This document shows, one piece after another, positions 26,947 through 40,000 of a stretch of 64,000 nucleotides of DNA (the first letter of the stretch is position 1; each line of letters opens with the position of its first letter). The position numbers and the translations under genes are program-made. This DNA is from Azolla caroliniana (taxonomy: Eukaryota; Plantae; Polypodiophyta), in assembly GCA_043228905.1 (NCBI GenBank), contig JBHGNT010000013.1, positions 19,530,001-19,594,000 of the forward strand, written 5' to 3'. Under the pieces are notes generated by a model, which had not been told where the DNA came from, searched no databases, and worked only from the letters and a program-made list of their open reading frames with translations.

Positions 26947-27570
26947 AAAACACAAAATTATACTATGTTGTAAACTTGTATGTAAAAAAGTCACTCTTAC
27001 AACTTGTGTGTGTGTGTTTGTACCTCGTTTGTGGTGCCTCAAAAAGGAGATGAGAAAATCTTTATCTACGACGAACCAATAGAATTCAAAAGCACTATCA
27101 CAAAAATAGAAGGGCTCAAGCAAGATAGGGACAAATTTTATCACTTTGCCTAAGTGGCAGGTGGACGATGACCGCACATTATGCTAGGTCGAACGATGTC
27201 TTACCTCAATCTCTCTCTCTCTAACACACACACACACACAACTGAGTGTGTGTCAAGATAAGCTCCCAAATATCTTGCGTCTGTCCCTCGCTCTACCTCT
27301 CTTTGGAGAGAAAAGATATACAATTAAAGGAGACGATGATCACAGATCTGACCATGTGGAAGCAGAGAGAGTGCCACGAGGGATGCAACTGTGGATGTGC
27401 TATCTCCACACACCACCATAAGACAGAAAATGGAGAGCGCACACACACAAAAATCTATCTATCTATCTATCTATCCAAGAGCAATCGTGTCCAAAACATC
27501 TCTCGAGTTCTCGGCCCCCAAATATCTACATTTAGGAGCCCAACCAATAGAATTCTCCGGCAGATGTGAA

Positions 27571-27809
27571 GCCCCACCACATCAGCAACGAGAAATGCCA
27601 CGTGGCATGGGAACTTCCATCCTACTTTGACCAAAGCTTTTCACCACGTAGGCGAGGCTGGTGCCACGTCAGAAAAACGGGACGACGTGGCCCCGCCACA
27701 TCAGCAGCAGGAAAATGCCACCTCGGATGATAACTTGCATCCTACTTTGACCAAGCGTTTCGCCACGTAAGCGACGCTGATGCCACGTCAGAGGAACGGG
27801 ACAACGTGG

Positions 27810-27811
<2 letters not shown>
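27571..27811 (+). promoter_or_regulatory. Duplicated ~119-bp promoter module rich in G-box/ACGT elements and W-boxes
   Basis: Two copies (27571, 27690) with GCCACGTGGC (27597), CCACGTA, GCCACGTCA, ACGTGGC and TTTGACC; 130-370 bp upstream of the desaturase ATG. Confidence 0.7.
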
Positions 27812-27866
<55 letters not shown>

Positions 27867-27943
27867 GCGTTAAGATAAGCCCTCAAAGTTTTTCGTTTCT
27901 TCTCTCTCTCTCTGTCTGTCTGTCTCGCCGTGTCTGTTTGGCT

Positions 27944-30615
27944 ATGGCGGCAGCAGTAAACAGAGCTTGTTCTTCTGCTTGCTCAAAATACAGTCATTTT
28001 GTTCCATCTTCCCATTCTTCTTCCCTTTCATCATCATCATCGTCTTCTTCTTCTTCTTCTTTTCATCTTCCTTCATCTCCAAAGCTTCCATCTCTAAGGA
28101 TCCATGGCTATCGTGGATCCTCTGTTTCTCTCAAAAGACCTCTTTATATCACTTGTATGGCTTCCCATCAAGCAAATCCAGAATCTCCTAACGCAACAAC
28201 ATTAGGTCACAATATATGGCTTTCTGATGTCATCCCTCTATGGAAGAAACCTTTCTTTGTCAACAGAAAATGGGTTACCACAGATATATTAATTGGAGCT
28301 TTCATGGTGCTTCTTCATGGACTCTGTTTCTTGGCTCCTTTCACATTCTCTTGGAAAGCGTTTGGTGTTTTTCTTCTCTCATATATTGTGACAGGAATGC
28401 TTGGAATCACTCTATCTTACCATAGAAACCTCTCTCATAAGAGTTTTTCCTTGCCTAAATGGCTTGAATACACCTTTGCTTACTGCGGAGTCCTTGCTAT
28501 GCAGGTTAGACCTCTGATTCTTCCGCTTTTATTTTATTTAATGAAGGCATGATTTCTTTATGGTGCCCATTTATATGGACAAATCTTTAACCCATCACGT
28601 AGTTGAAAACTACTAATTTAACTTCTTGCAAAATGATTTAGTGAAAGCTTTTGCTAACACAGAGAATGTGATCATATGGTGCTTCTATGGTGAATTAATA
28701 AGTGATTTGAGGAGGAAGCTTGATGAGAAACATTTGCAAGCCTATTGAATGTGCATGCATTCAATTTTCCTAGGAAAATGTGTCCTGGAACATGATGAAA
28801 ACTTATTGAATGTACATTGGAGAAACATTCTCAATGAAGAAAACTTTAAGGAAAACTATCAAATGCATGTATGGTAACATGTCTGATCTTCCCCTTTATG
28901 TTCGTTATGTAGTTGGATTCTGTATAAGGTCGTCCAATGAGGGCACATATATTGACCTAGGTGTTCGCTATTAGAAAATAATTATTAAAACGAGAATTTA
29001 TATACAGGTAAACCCTAGCTTCTATGTCCATACATTATAGCCTTCCAAACCTTGATGGTGGCAGATATATAAATCCTATTGTCTTGGTTGACCAACCAAA
29101 GACTGTCCAATAGCTAATGGGCATAGTGCTTTATAGGACGCCTAGCGTGTTAATGGCCATTATGTTATCAATCACTCATTAGTTCTTGTTGCCTAATCCA
29201 ATGTGGTCCTGTAGCTAATGGGTGTGCTCTACCAAGGTCTGGAAGAAGGCATTATTGATCCAGGAGCTTGTTATGTGCATAAACAGGCTGAGATAATAGC
29301 TATCATAAGTTTAGCCGACTTTCAAATAGCTAAATGCCTACTCCAGCCTTAAGAACGTAATCTAATATGTCTATAACAATGCAGGGTTATGGATATGTAG
29401 CATGGATGAGCAAGGTCTGGAAATATGACTAGATCTTTAGTTGAGTTATGAGCCTTGGTTCAAGGCATCTCTATGAGTTTAAATCCTAATTTCATTCTTT
29501 GACCTAGAAACTTCTAGGAAATGTCATGTCAAATAATGTCATTCTTTCGCCTATTAGAACAAGAAAACCATGCTTATCTCTATGCTTTCCATTCTCCATA
29601 TTTTATTTTGAGTTCATGATGTATTTATACCACTTTTGTTTGTTTGAAATTGTGTGGTGGCACATGGGCCCTAATTTTGGTATTTGATATTCATACTAAA
29701 TGTCATGAATTTACAGGGTGACCCAATTGAATGGGTGAGTTCGCATCGGTATCACCATCAATTTTGTGATACAGACAAAGACCCTCATTCACCATATGAA
29801 GGTTTTTGGTATAGCCACATGGGATGGCTTCTCGATAACAAATCCACATTGGAAAGGGTATGCGCATTCAAACCCCTTGTTTGAATGATCTTTTTTCTTA
29901 TATGCACGAGGACATTGGTTGGAGATTTTAAAGCCATTTGATTTGATCATAGGTGGGTGCTCGAGCAAATGTTGGGGATATGGAAAAAGATCCATTTTAT
30001 AAGTTCATGGCAAAAACTTACCCTATTCATGTCATAGGAGCTACCATTGCATACTATGCTTTGGGAGGTCTACCCTTTCTCATATGGGGTGTGGTAAGTG
30101 AACCTCTTATGCAAACATAATCAAACATTAGACAGGCTATATATGGTTTTGATAATATTCCGATTTCTGTGATATGTTTTTCTAGGCTTTGCGGGCGGTA
30201 TGGGTATATCACATCACTTGGCTCGTCAATTCTGCATCTCATGTGTGGGGCACACAAGCATGGAATACAGGGGACTTGTCTCGGAACAATTGGTATGCTA
30301 AGACCTCCATTCCCTTTCCCTATCTTATGCTTTAATGTCGACTACTAATGTTTTGAACTTTATCGTATGTGTCAACGTCTACACTAATATTGACATTTAT
30401 CATTTGTTAGGTGGGTTGCATTGCTAGCATTTGGGGAGGGATGGCATAATAACCACCATGCTTTTGAGTATTCAGCAAGGCATGGTCTTGAATGGTGGCA
30501 GTTAGATCCAACTTGGTGGTGTGTTGTAGCTCTGGAGAAACTTGGGCTTGCCACCAAAGTGAAAGTTCCACTCAAGGAACACATGACCCGTCTTGCCTTG
30601 AAGCCTCAACTATAA
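27944..30615 (+). CDS. FAD5: Plastid acyl-lipid desaturase, FAD5/ADS3-like (palmitoyl-MGDG delta-7 desaturase)
   Basis: Exons 27944-28504, 29717-29857, 29953-30093, 30186-30292, 30411-30615. Ser-rich transit-peptide-like N-terminus; His boxes HRNLSH, HRYHH, HNNHH; motifs [34 protein letters not shown]. Regiospecificity is inferred. Confidence 0.92.
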
Positions 30616-31276
30616 GATGCGTTAGATTTGTGCTTGATTACATTCAAGAGCTTTTATGTGGAAGTGGAAAATCTGTATACTTGAGCCTGTGGATGAGATG
30701 CTCCATTGGTTTAATTCATTTAAATCATTTTGAGAGGTTTGGGTCCCTGAAATGCATATTCTTTTGACATTTAGCATTCTTTCCAATGTTCACAGACTGG
30801 AGAATAAGGGACATTTGTGAACAGAGTCGATCCTTGTGATAGTTGTCCAAAATTATTCTAACTTGCCAAGAGATATTCTCCTTTGCTCCTATATTGTGGA
30901 GTCCCTTGGGTGTGTTATCTTGAACCCAGGGTTCATGAAATACTGACTTCAAAACCTTGATATGTTTTGGTAAGAGACATCTTTGTTTTTTATATCATCA
31001 AGTTTGAGCTCAACCCATATGAACACAAAGCAAGAGAGACTAAGGTTTTTTCACATATAAATTTATAATCAAAATTCTGAATTCTGGTTTGAGATCTTAG
31101 CAACTATCAGCTTGGAACGTGGAACCTAAAGCCTAGAATTAGCAGTATTACAACTTACCCCAGTATGATAAATAAACAAGAGATAGAGAAATATGTTTTT
31201 AACATACATGAAGTCCAATGCATCTATGACGGGTCAATTCTTATATGACTTTGATGAAATGGTGTGAACCACGAAG

Positions 31277-31322
<46 letters not shown>

Positions 31323-32652
31323 CAGTGATTTGCAAATTATGTTTGATAGTTATTTTGCATCAATCTTGAAGAAGGTTGCATCTAAGTTGTCAGCAATTTT
31401 AGAAGATGAAATAAATGAAAACGAGGGGAGTTGTCCTTTGACATAATTATGATGATAAAACACAGGGACCCACAAATGGAATTTTCTAGCCTTAAATGAG
31501 AAAGTACGGCCTCTCCCTACAATGTTGTTTCAAGAAGGGTGAATTTGTCCCATATTTTGAAGTGCCCACTCCAATTTGTTTTGATAGTATCGTTTCAAGT
31601 TTGGAAACTTGAAGGTACTAGTTTTGATGATATGGCATTTGACTAGATCCACTCAATTGTGATGGGGAGTTCTTTCTGCAACTTCTCATATTTGTCATTT
31701 CAGTAAGGCATTTGTTGGGAGGGTCATGATGGTTGGTTTGTTATTTGCTTTTCACCATTACAATGGCATTTTTCAAATGATGTGTTTCTTCTTTATAGAT
31801 AGTAAGGATGTGGACACAAGATATTGGATGCCCAATTTATCAATGTGATTTGACAATCTGTTTCACATAGTGTTTTTTTATTATGATGATAAAAGTTACT
31901 CAATGGCGATGCCGTCTTGGCTTAGTTTAATGAAGCTTTAACATTGAGCTCTTGTAAGATGGTAAACTGGTTATTTGAAGTATTTAGGAGTATGGTTATT
32001 GCCTTTTTTGTAGGAACAATCCTTTAGAAGGCAATGGAATTAGTTAAGGCTATTCCTTGACATATCCTTAGGTTGGGTTAAACATTGTTTTGCCTATTTA
32101 TTTATCAAGGGAGAGTTGGATTACATTACGTACCTAGATGGATAAGAGGAGTCTTGCACTATGTTGAGGAGTGTAATGTGTGTAAGCATGTATGCAAGTA
32201 CACGTCTTGGTGACAAGAGATGCATTACAACCAACTACTAAACTCCTAGTATTACTCCAACATGACTTGAAGAACTAGGCGCAATCCTTAGTGGTTTGCT
32301 CCATCCAATTTCTTCTTCAACAATCAAGTCAGAACTATTATTTAGGATTGCAAAAGGGTAATGTTGGATTATTTGTGAGAGTAGAGAAAAACTTACGAAA
32401 TCTTTCACTTTCACATTTAGTGCCCATTAAGTCCTTGAGAAAAGCTTTCACACTTCTCAGTTTCTCATTCTTCAAATGCAATCCAATAGGAGCTTTGAGT
32501 TGGAATCCATTCATGAACGTCAATGGACTGTTGCCACAACATTGCGTTCCAAACTATTGTAGGCAAACTCTAGAATGAGCAAGTACAAGAGTCTGAAGGA
32601 TACCTTAATAATAGGAGAGCCACACTAAATTTGCATGTGAGCATCACTATAA

Positions 32653-33300
32653 GCCACACATTTCTCATGGCTTGGTTGTAACATGAGGGCAGTATAATGG
32701 TGCATTGGTTGACTCTGCTGCTAATGCTTTTGTCTAGAACAATGTCTGTGAAGAGCACACGCCACACATTTCTCATGGCTTGGTTGTAACATGAGGGCAG
32801 TCTAATGGTGGATTGGTTGACTCTGCTGCTAATGCTTTTGTCTAGAACAATGTCTGTGAAGAGCACACGCCACTCATTTCTCATGGCTTGGTTGTACCAT
32901 GAGGGCAGTTTAATGGTGCATTGGTTGACTCTGCTGCTAATGCTTTTGTCTAGAACAATGTCTGTGAAGAGCACACGCCACACATTTCTCATGGCTTGGT
33001 TGTACCATGAGGGCAGTTTAATGGTGCATTGGTTGACTCTGCTGCTTATGCTTTTGTCTAGAACAATGTCTGTGAAGAGCACACGCCACACATTTCTCAT
33101 GGCTTGGTTGTACCATGAGGGCAGTTTAATGGTGCATTGGTTGACTCTGCTGCTAATGCTTTTGTCTAGAACAATGTCTGTGAAGAGCACACGCCACACA
33201 TTTCTCATGGCTTGGTTGTACCATGAGGGCAGTTTAATGGTGCATTGGTTGACTCTGCTGCTAATGCTTTTGTATAGAACAATGTCTGTGAAGAGCACAC
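32653..33300. repeat. Minisatellite, 6 x 108 bp, near-identical
   Basis: Units start at 32653, 32761, 32869, 32977, 33085 and 33193; no indels, only scattered substitutions. Confidence 0.97.
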
Positions 33301-34087
33301 TTATCTGACTTTGGACGAGTTCCATTGCTATATTTGTCAAACAACTATACATTTTTTTATTTCTAAGCAAACACTCTAAATACACCTACTGAATACCTTT
33401 GTTGGGATCTATGCACAGATCCTGAACTGATCATATCAATATAAGTGAATCTCTGAACTGTTGTATGCAACATTAACCAAGTCAATTAGCAACCATACAA
33501 AGATAATTCTATAATAGCTAACTATTGAATGTTCTTATACCAAAATCCTTTTGGAATGGAGCAGCCCTTTTTCTGAGGTTTGAAGAACGACAATAAGAAT
33601 TGCATCAAAAACCTCAAAGATGTACAGGTTTCGGGATAATGAGCAGAAACTGAGAGCAAAGGCATTAACGGAACTCCTTCACAAGTTTCCAAATAATGAT
33701 CTCATATGAGATCATGCAGCGCTGAGATATAGAATCTGTATAAGATGACCATATTTTCATCAAAGCTATATATAGCACATAAAATGGATATATCCTCGGA
33801 CCTCTATAGCACATTCACAACCACATTATATTTTCATTAGCTTGACGATGAGGTGTAATATAATCAGTGTACATTTTGTTTTGTAGTTAAACATAAAAAC
33901 CTCCAATCTACCTGTTTAGCACAGAGCCTACCTTTGCAGAGTACAAGTGTACATTAGATTTTTCTTCTTCTCGTAATATGGAGGCCAAAAAGCAAACATA
34001 GAAGGTCAAATCTTTGAAAGATAAATTAGCACCAGTATTACAAGAGGACCCAAAAGTTAAAGGTGAGAAAGTGGGGTTTCAAACACA

Positions 34088-37000
34088 TCAAAAAGCTGTA
34101 GCAGACCTTTTGGAGGATTTTCTTGAACGTTTTGGCACCGCTTCCATAGAAGAATAAGCGTCTCTTCCTGAAGAAATATGTCCACCAACTAATATTGTAT
34201 TATTATGTTCACTTTGAGTTCCTCTTCCCATTTCAAACCTCTCAATGAAGGGCCTGGCAGAGGAGCCATCAGAATTATCAGAATATCGTGGTCGTGGCCA
34301 TGCCGCAACGAGGCCTCTTTCACTATTTGACATAATAGAACCTCTTTCACTATTCGATATAAATGAGCCCCTTTCGCCATTTGATATAATGGGAACTCTT
34401 TCACTGTTTGATATAATGGGACCTCTTTCGCCATTTGATATGATGGGACCTCTTTCACTGTTAGTTATAATGGCTCCTCTTTCACTATTTGACATAATGG
34501 AGGCCCTTTCACTATTCGACATTGACTCTGAGAGACGGAAATGATCTAGCATAGTAGGGCGGGGTACATTAGTAAGGCTCTCACACATCATCCATTCTGA
34601 GGGTTGGCCAGGTCGGTAAGGCAAGAACATATTGTTAGTAACAATTCCATGTTGACCTGGGGGTGATGACATTGCAAGAGGAGCAGCTAAGCTTTTCCCT
34701 GGAGTAGTTCGTCGGGCTGGAAGAGAAGTATTACAACTCATTATGGAAATCTCTGGCTTATCTGTTGTTTCTTCATTGTTTCCAACCAGATCTTCACTTA
34801 TATCATTAGCATCGGTTATGGTCTCTGCCCCTGATATCTTTCTAAGAGGTTCGAGTTTCGTTCGCCTCTTGTATCTTCCAAGTTTTCCAGTCTCTATCAA
34901 AGAGAATACTTCTTTTTGTGATCGGCAACGACGTTTTGTAACAGTATCGTAATAGTACTGCATCAACCCATCATAAGACAAGAAGTTAGAACAAAAGAAA
35001 AAAAGATATGGCCTTTTAAGAGGCCAGAATGACCTATAAGACTAAACAAGATATTACATCTCAAGTGTTGTCTAGTCTTTGAGAACAGCAAATCAAAATA
35101 AAATGTTACCAAGTAAAAAAAAGTAAATAAGATAAAAAGAGACTAAAGAATCTTGTTATCGGCATATGTAAGATTCTCAAGTTGGAGAAAATATGAGAAA
35201 AAAAATTCAGCATTGAAGTACCGGACAAGCTAATATGTTTGTACAACCAAATCCCATTAAATATTATCTAATTCAATAAATGGAAAGTCCATTTTAATGG
35301 TCAAACATAGCAAACATATTCAAAATTAACACTCTTAAAACTTCATATACGAAAAAACATAAAGCTTCACGCACCCACCAAGTATAAAGAATGATGCATC
35401 TAACTAGTCATTCATATTCTTAGATTGTTTATTGCACCAACACTGAATATTTCCTATCTGTATTGGCTATTGTAATTAATCATATTCTTAGATTGGTTAC
35501 CCGGAATCTATTTGGGAAATAATCAAGCTGCGTTATTGACAGTATAGTCATCGTAAATTTGGCTCTTTCACGGTGGTGAAGAACTTCCACTGTATGATGT
35601 CAAAAATGTTCCTAGCATCAAAAAGAGTCTATTGTTTGTTGGTCACATGGATGTACATGGATATAGCATCACATAAGATAGTGGATCATGGAAATCAACA
35701 AAAGGTTCTAGACCTATTGGTCAAGGGCACAAAGAAAGGCAGTTCACGTTGCTCACAAATAAAGGCCTTACGAGGCAAATACACTGTTGTTGTAGAATTG
35801 ATTCTCACTTAGATCTTTGGTATAAATGATTGGTTCTTATCCTTTCTTATTTAGAAAAATTGAATGTCAAGGCCCATAAACTTGATTTTTCTAATGATTG
35901 TCAATATGGAAAACAAGGGGGAAATTCCAATTATCCTCATGTGTCTTGGAACCATAATCTTTTGGATCTTGTGCCTTCTAATATTCATAGCATGTGTACT
36001 AAATCTATGAGGATTTTTGTATTTTATTTCTTTTGTTGAGGATTGTTCAAAGAGAAATTGGTTTATTTGCTGAAAAGCAAAGATGGACAGGCATTCCATG
36101 CATCTAAAGGTCATGAGCAGCCAATGAATATGCTGAAAATAGGGCTGTAAATGATGGACAAAAGCCAAATGCTGAAGATTGTGAGCCTCATGCATTAAAA
36201 GAGGCTAGATCATGTGAGCAAAAGAGTAAGTGGGTGTATGCAATGCAAGAAGAAATAAAAGCTTCGCATGCAAATAAATGATACTTGGGACTTGGTTGAA
36301 TTGCCCAATGTTAAGAATGTCATTCCTAAAAGGTGGGTGTATAAAATCAAGACAATGGATGGGAAACCTAAGTACAAAGCAAGGCTGCTGGTGACAAAAG
36401 TCTATGTACCAGTAAAAGTGGTTGACTTTAAGACGTATCCTGTCCTGTAGTCAAAATTGCCATGTCGCAACCTTTGTTTCCCCTCATTGCAGCTATTAAA
36501 TTGGACCTTTACCAGATGAATGTGAAGATTGCTTTCTTGCATGGTGATATTGAAGAAGAGCTATATGTGAAACGACCAGATGGGTTTGGAATTCCTGGTA
36601 AAAAACATTTCGTGTGCAAATTCAAAATCTATATGGGCTGAAACAATCTCCAAGACAGTTGTAAGAAAATTTTGATGCTTTTATATTATCACATGGGATT
36701 AGGAGTCATGCAGAGATGGCAACCCAGCATTTTGGTCTATATGTAGATGATACGCTTTATTGCTGGTAAAGAGAATTAACTTTTTAATGCACTTAATGGC
36801 CAGCTAAAATCTGCTTTTGCAATTAAAGATTGAGGCCCAGATGAGCATATATTGGGTATGAAGATAATGACGAATAGGCAGTTTAGACTGCCCAAAAGAT
36901 GATGCAACAGTCAATGGAGACTGTACCATATGCTATAGTTTGTGATTCTTTGATGTATGCCATGGTTGCTACAAGACCAGACATTGCACATGTAGGTGTT

Positions 37001-40000
37001 AGAAGGTTCATGGCTAATACTGATAAAGCACATTGCAAAGCCATCAAGTTAATCATTAGATATTTGAAGGGGACAAAAAGCAATAGTCTATGTTATGGAA
37101 AAGGTTCATTGGATTTACATAAATCCTGGGACTCTGACATGGAAGATGATGTGGATACATGCAAACCTACTAGTGGATATGTATTTACCCTTGTTGGCAG
37201 TACTGTAGTTCCATGGTCTTCTAGATTGCAGGGAATTGTTGCATTATCTACAACAGAGACTAAATAACTTTCAGCAACTGAAGCTTCCAATACGCCATAT
37301 GGTTGGCACATCTCTGCAATAAGCTTGGACTACATGAGAGGACATGAGTCCTACATTGTCATAGCTAGAGTATCATATGCGTGTCTACGAAAGCCATATT
37401 TCATGCGCACACTAAGCACATTGATGTGTGGTATCACTTCATCAAGCAGGTGATAGAGGTGGACTCATATTACTGCATAAAATCAGCACTATACAGAATC
37501 TTGCAGATGATCCCTCTAAGTGCCTGTCAGTGGCTCAACATCAACATTGCCTTCAGCCAGTGGGAGTTGCATATCTTAAAGAAGCCTCCTTTGCTCTTTA
37601 AAGTGGGAGGTTGCTGAGTATAACCATCCAAGAACTCTCCATGTATACATTTATAAAGGCCCCTTAGAAAAAGGAGTTGATTATGAAAATTCTTCCATAA
37701 TCAACTCTAGAATTTCAGTTCAGAAGAAAGATGGTTCTTCAAGCACATGTATTGGTTGGCGTGCATTTAACAAGACCCTAATCAAGAATTCATTACCAAC
37801 ACCGAGGATTGAATCCTAATTAATTAGGAGGGGCAATATTAACATGCATTAAAGCTTCTGAAATTTTCTTATCATAATCTTCTAGATTTTAACAATTTCC
37901 TGCCTCCAACTTGTGCCCGACTATCATGAAATCCACTTCACTAGTGTTTTTAACAACCATTGCGGTCAAAAAAATGTGTTTCAATTGGAACCATGAAGAA
38001 GGTGCCTAACCATGCATCAACTATGTGGCCAACCACTGCAACACGCCCTTCAGAAAGATTTGGTAAACTTTTGTGATGTGTGAGTCGCATCAAACTATTG
38101 TATAAAGAGTAAGGCCATTAGCACATCCTGCATACAGCAAAAAATTTCAAACGTCACTGCAGCTTCCACTTCTTCATAATTCTTTGCTTCTCCTAAAGGT
38201 GTCAAGTGCTTGTAAATAGATGCTTGTAAAAGTGCGGCTCCATTTTTATTTCTAAGCCCCTATCATATAGTTTTCAACCAATATTGAGCTGCCCATATAT
38301 TGTTGAGGAAAACTGTATTGTGCTTTCAAAGGGGCACGTATGCAAGGAGGGGCGTTGAGCCTACTGCCAATGGCCGAGATTTCCGCTGGCCGTCAAGCCG
38401 TTCTACAGATCCATCAAGTTCAGAGAAGACTATTCTATATATCCCAGAATGTTTTATAGGTGTTCCAATGATTCCAAAACATCCTTGAAAATCTACATGC
38501 ATGCCAATGTGTTTGTACATATGATTAGTCATGCCAGCTGATTACCAGTGCCTTATATATATTACCTGGCATATAGGAGTTTGAGCATACTCTCTAATGC
38601 CAGAACCAGCTTCCAAGTAGCCAAGATGTGAAGTAGGCAGTGGAACTATAGCACAAATGATCCATTCACTACTTGGACTATTCAACAAAATATTATTCCT
38701 GGCAAAGAAGGTGACTTGCATTTGTCTGAGTACTAGGGATTCATCTAGTTTTTCTGAATTGGTGTTTCACCTTTCTAGCAATCGGCAATGGTTCTGCAAC
38801 TGCGAAACCACGGCTTAATGGTTTAAACGGTTGGTTTGGTTTGGTTTGGTTTGGTTCAGGTTCAGGTTCTTGTGAATTGTTCGGTTCGGTTTGGGGGGAG
38901 TCAACAGTTCGGTTCAGTTCGATTAGAGCCTTTATTGGCTGAACGGTTTCTGGTTTAAACAGTTTGAAGGTTTAGGGTTGACACGTGATTACTTTTTTGA
39001 ACAACCTTTTTCATTTTTTAGCCTAAATTTGATATTCTAAGAAAATCTTTAAATTTCGAAAAATTAAAATTTGAATTTTGACCTAACTTGAAAACCAAAA
39101 CCGAACCGTGAAACCTGGTTTTAACAGTTTGTAACAGTTTGAAAATCTCGAAAACCATTTGGTTTGGGCTTGAATTTTTTGCAACAGTTTCGTTAACTGT
39201 TTGACTTTGACACTCTTGAACCAAATCTGAACGAAGCATCGCCGATTGTTACTCACATCCTTAATGTTTATGATATACTCATTGTGGAGTAATCCTATGA
39301 ACAAGGAGACACTTCCTAAGATTTTGGACTTAGTAAAACTTAATTTCACATCTAGGAAGCTAGATTCTCCTGAACATGGAGGTTCACATCATGTCAGCCC
39401 CAAAGATTGGCACCTCTTATGGCGTTTATTTATTGATAATTAATCAGAGAGGATCCAATAAGATAAAGATCCCAAATTCTAAACTACTTAAGCCTATTTC
39501 AGCAACTTGAACCTGCATAAAACACTTTGACAGTACTATCAGGCTAGAAAAGAGAAAATCAACTATGAGACCTACAAATTTCAGCACTCTAAAATTACAA
39601 CAATTGAGTAGGGAGTAGACTGCCATTGTACACCTAGTTACAACATTCCTTTAACAGCTTCAAAGAAGGGATTCCATGGCTTCCAATGCCACTATTATAT
39701 ATTTCACCATCGCTCGACTTCCCAGTGAGTATTCTCGATGGAACCATTATCCAGATTGGGAATTGCAGACAAAGACCTTGCTACAATACCATCTTATGGA
39801 ATATTGTTAAATAGATTGAACCCAATCCTAAGGCTACTTCTTTTGTAACATCTTTAAGACCCACACAAGTTGCAATTGACTCTTGGTTGGACAAAGTTGG
39901 TGGCACTCGTTCTTTCATGCTCTTAAACATGAATCCTTAAGTTGCCCAGCAATTTCTAAACAAAAATGATCAGACAAAAGGGTTGTGGGATGCAGTTCAA

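Noticed and set aside
27944-30615. Horizontally acquired cyanobacterial desC desaturase
   Set aside because: Spliceosomal introns and a transit-peptide-like N-terminus fit the ordinary plant ADS/FAD5 family.
32570-33385. CRISPR array or bona fide 271-aa gene
   Set aside because: Units are contiguous with no unique spacers and no cas genes; the ORF is explained by a stop-free 108-bp unit and has no recognisable domain.
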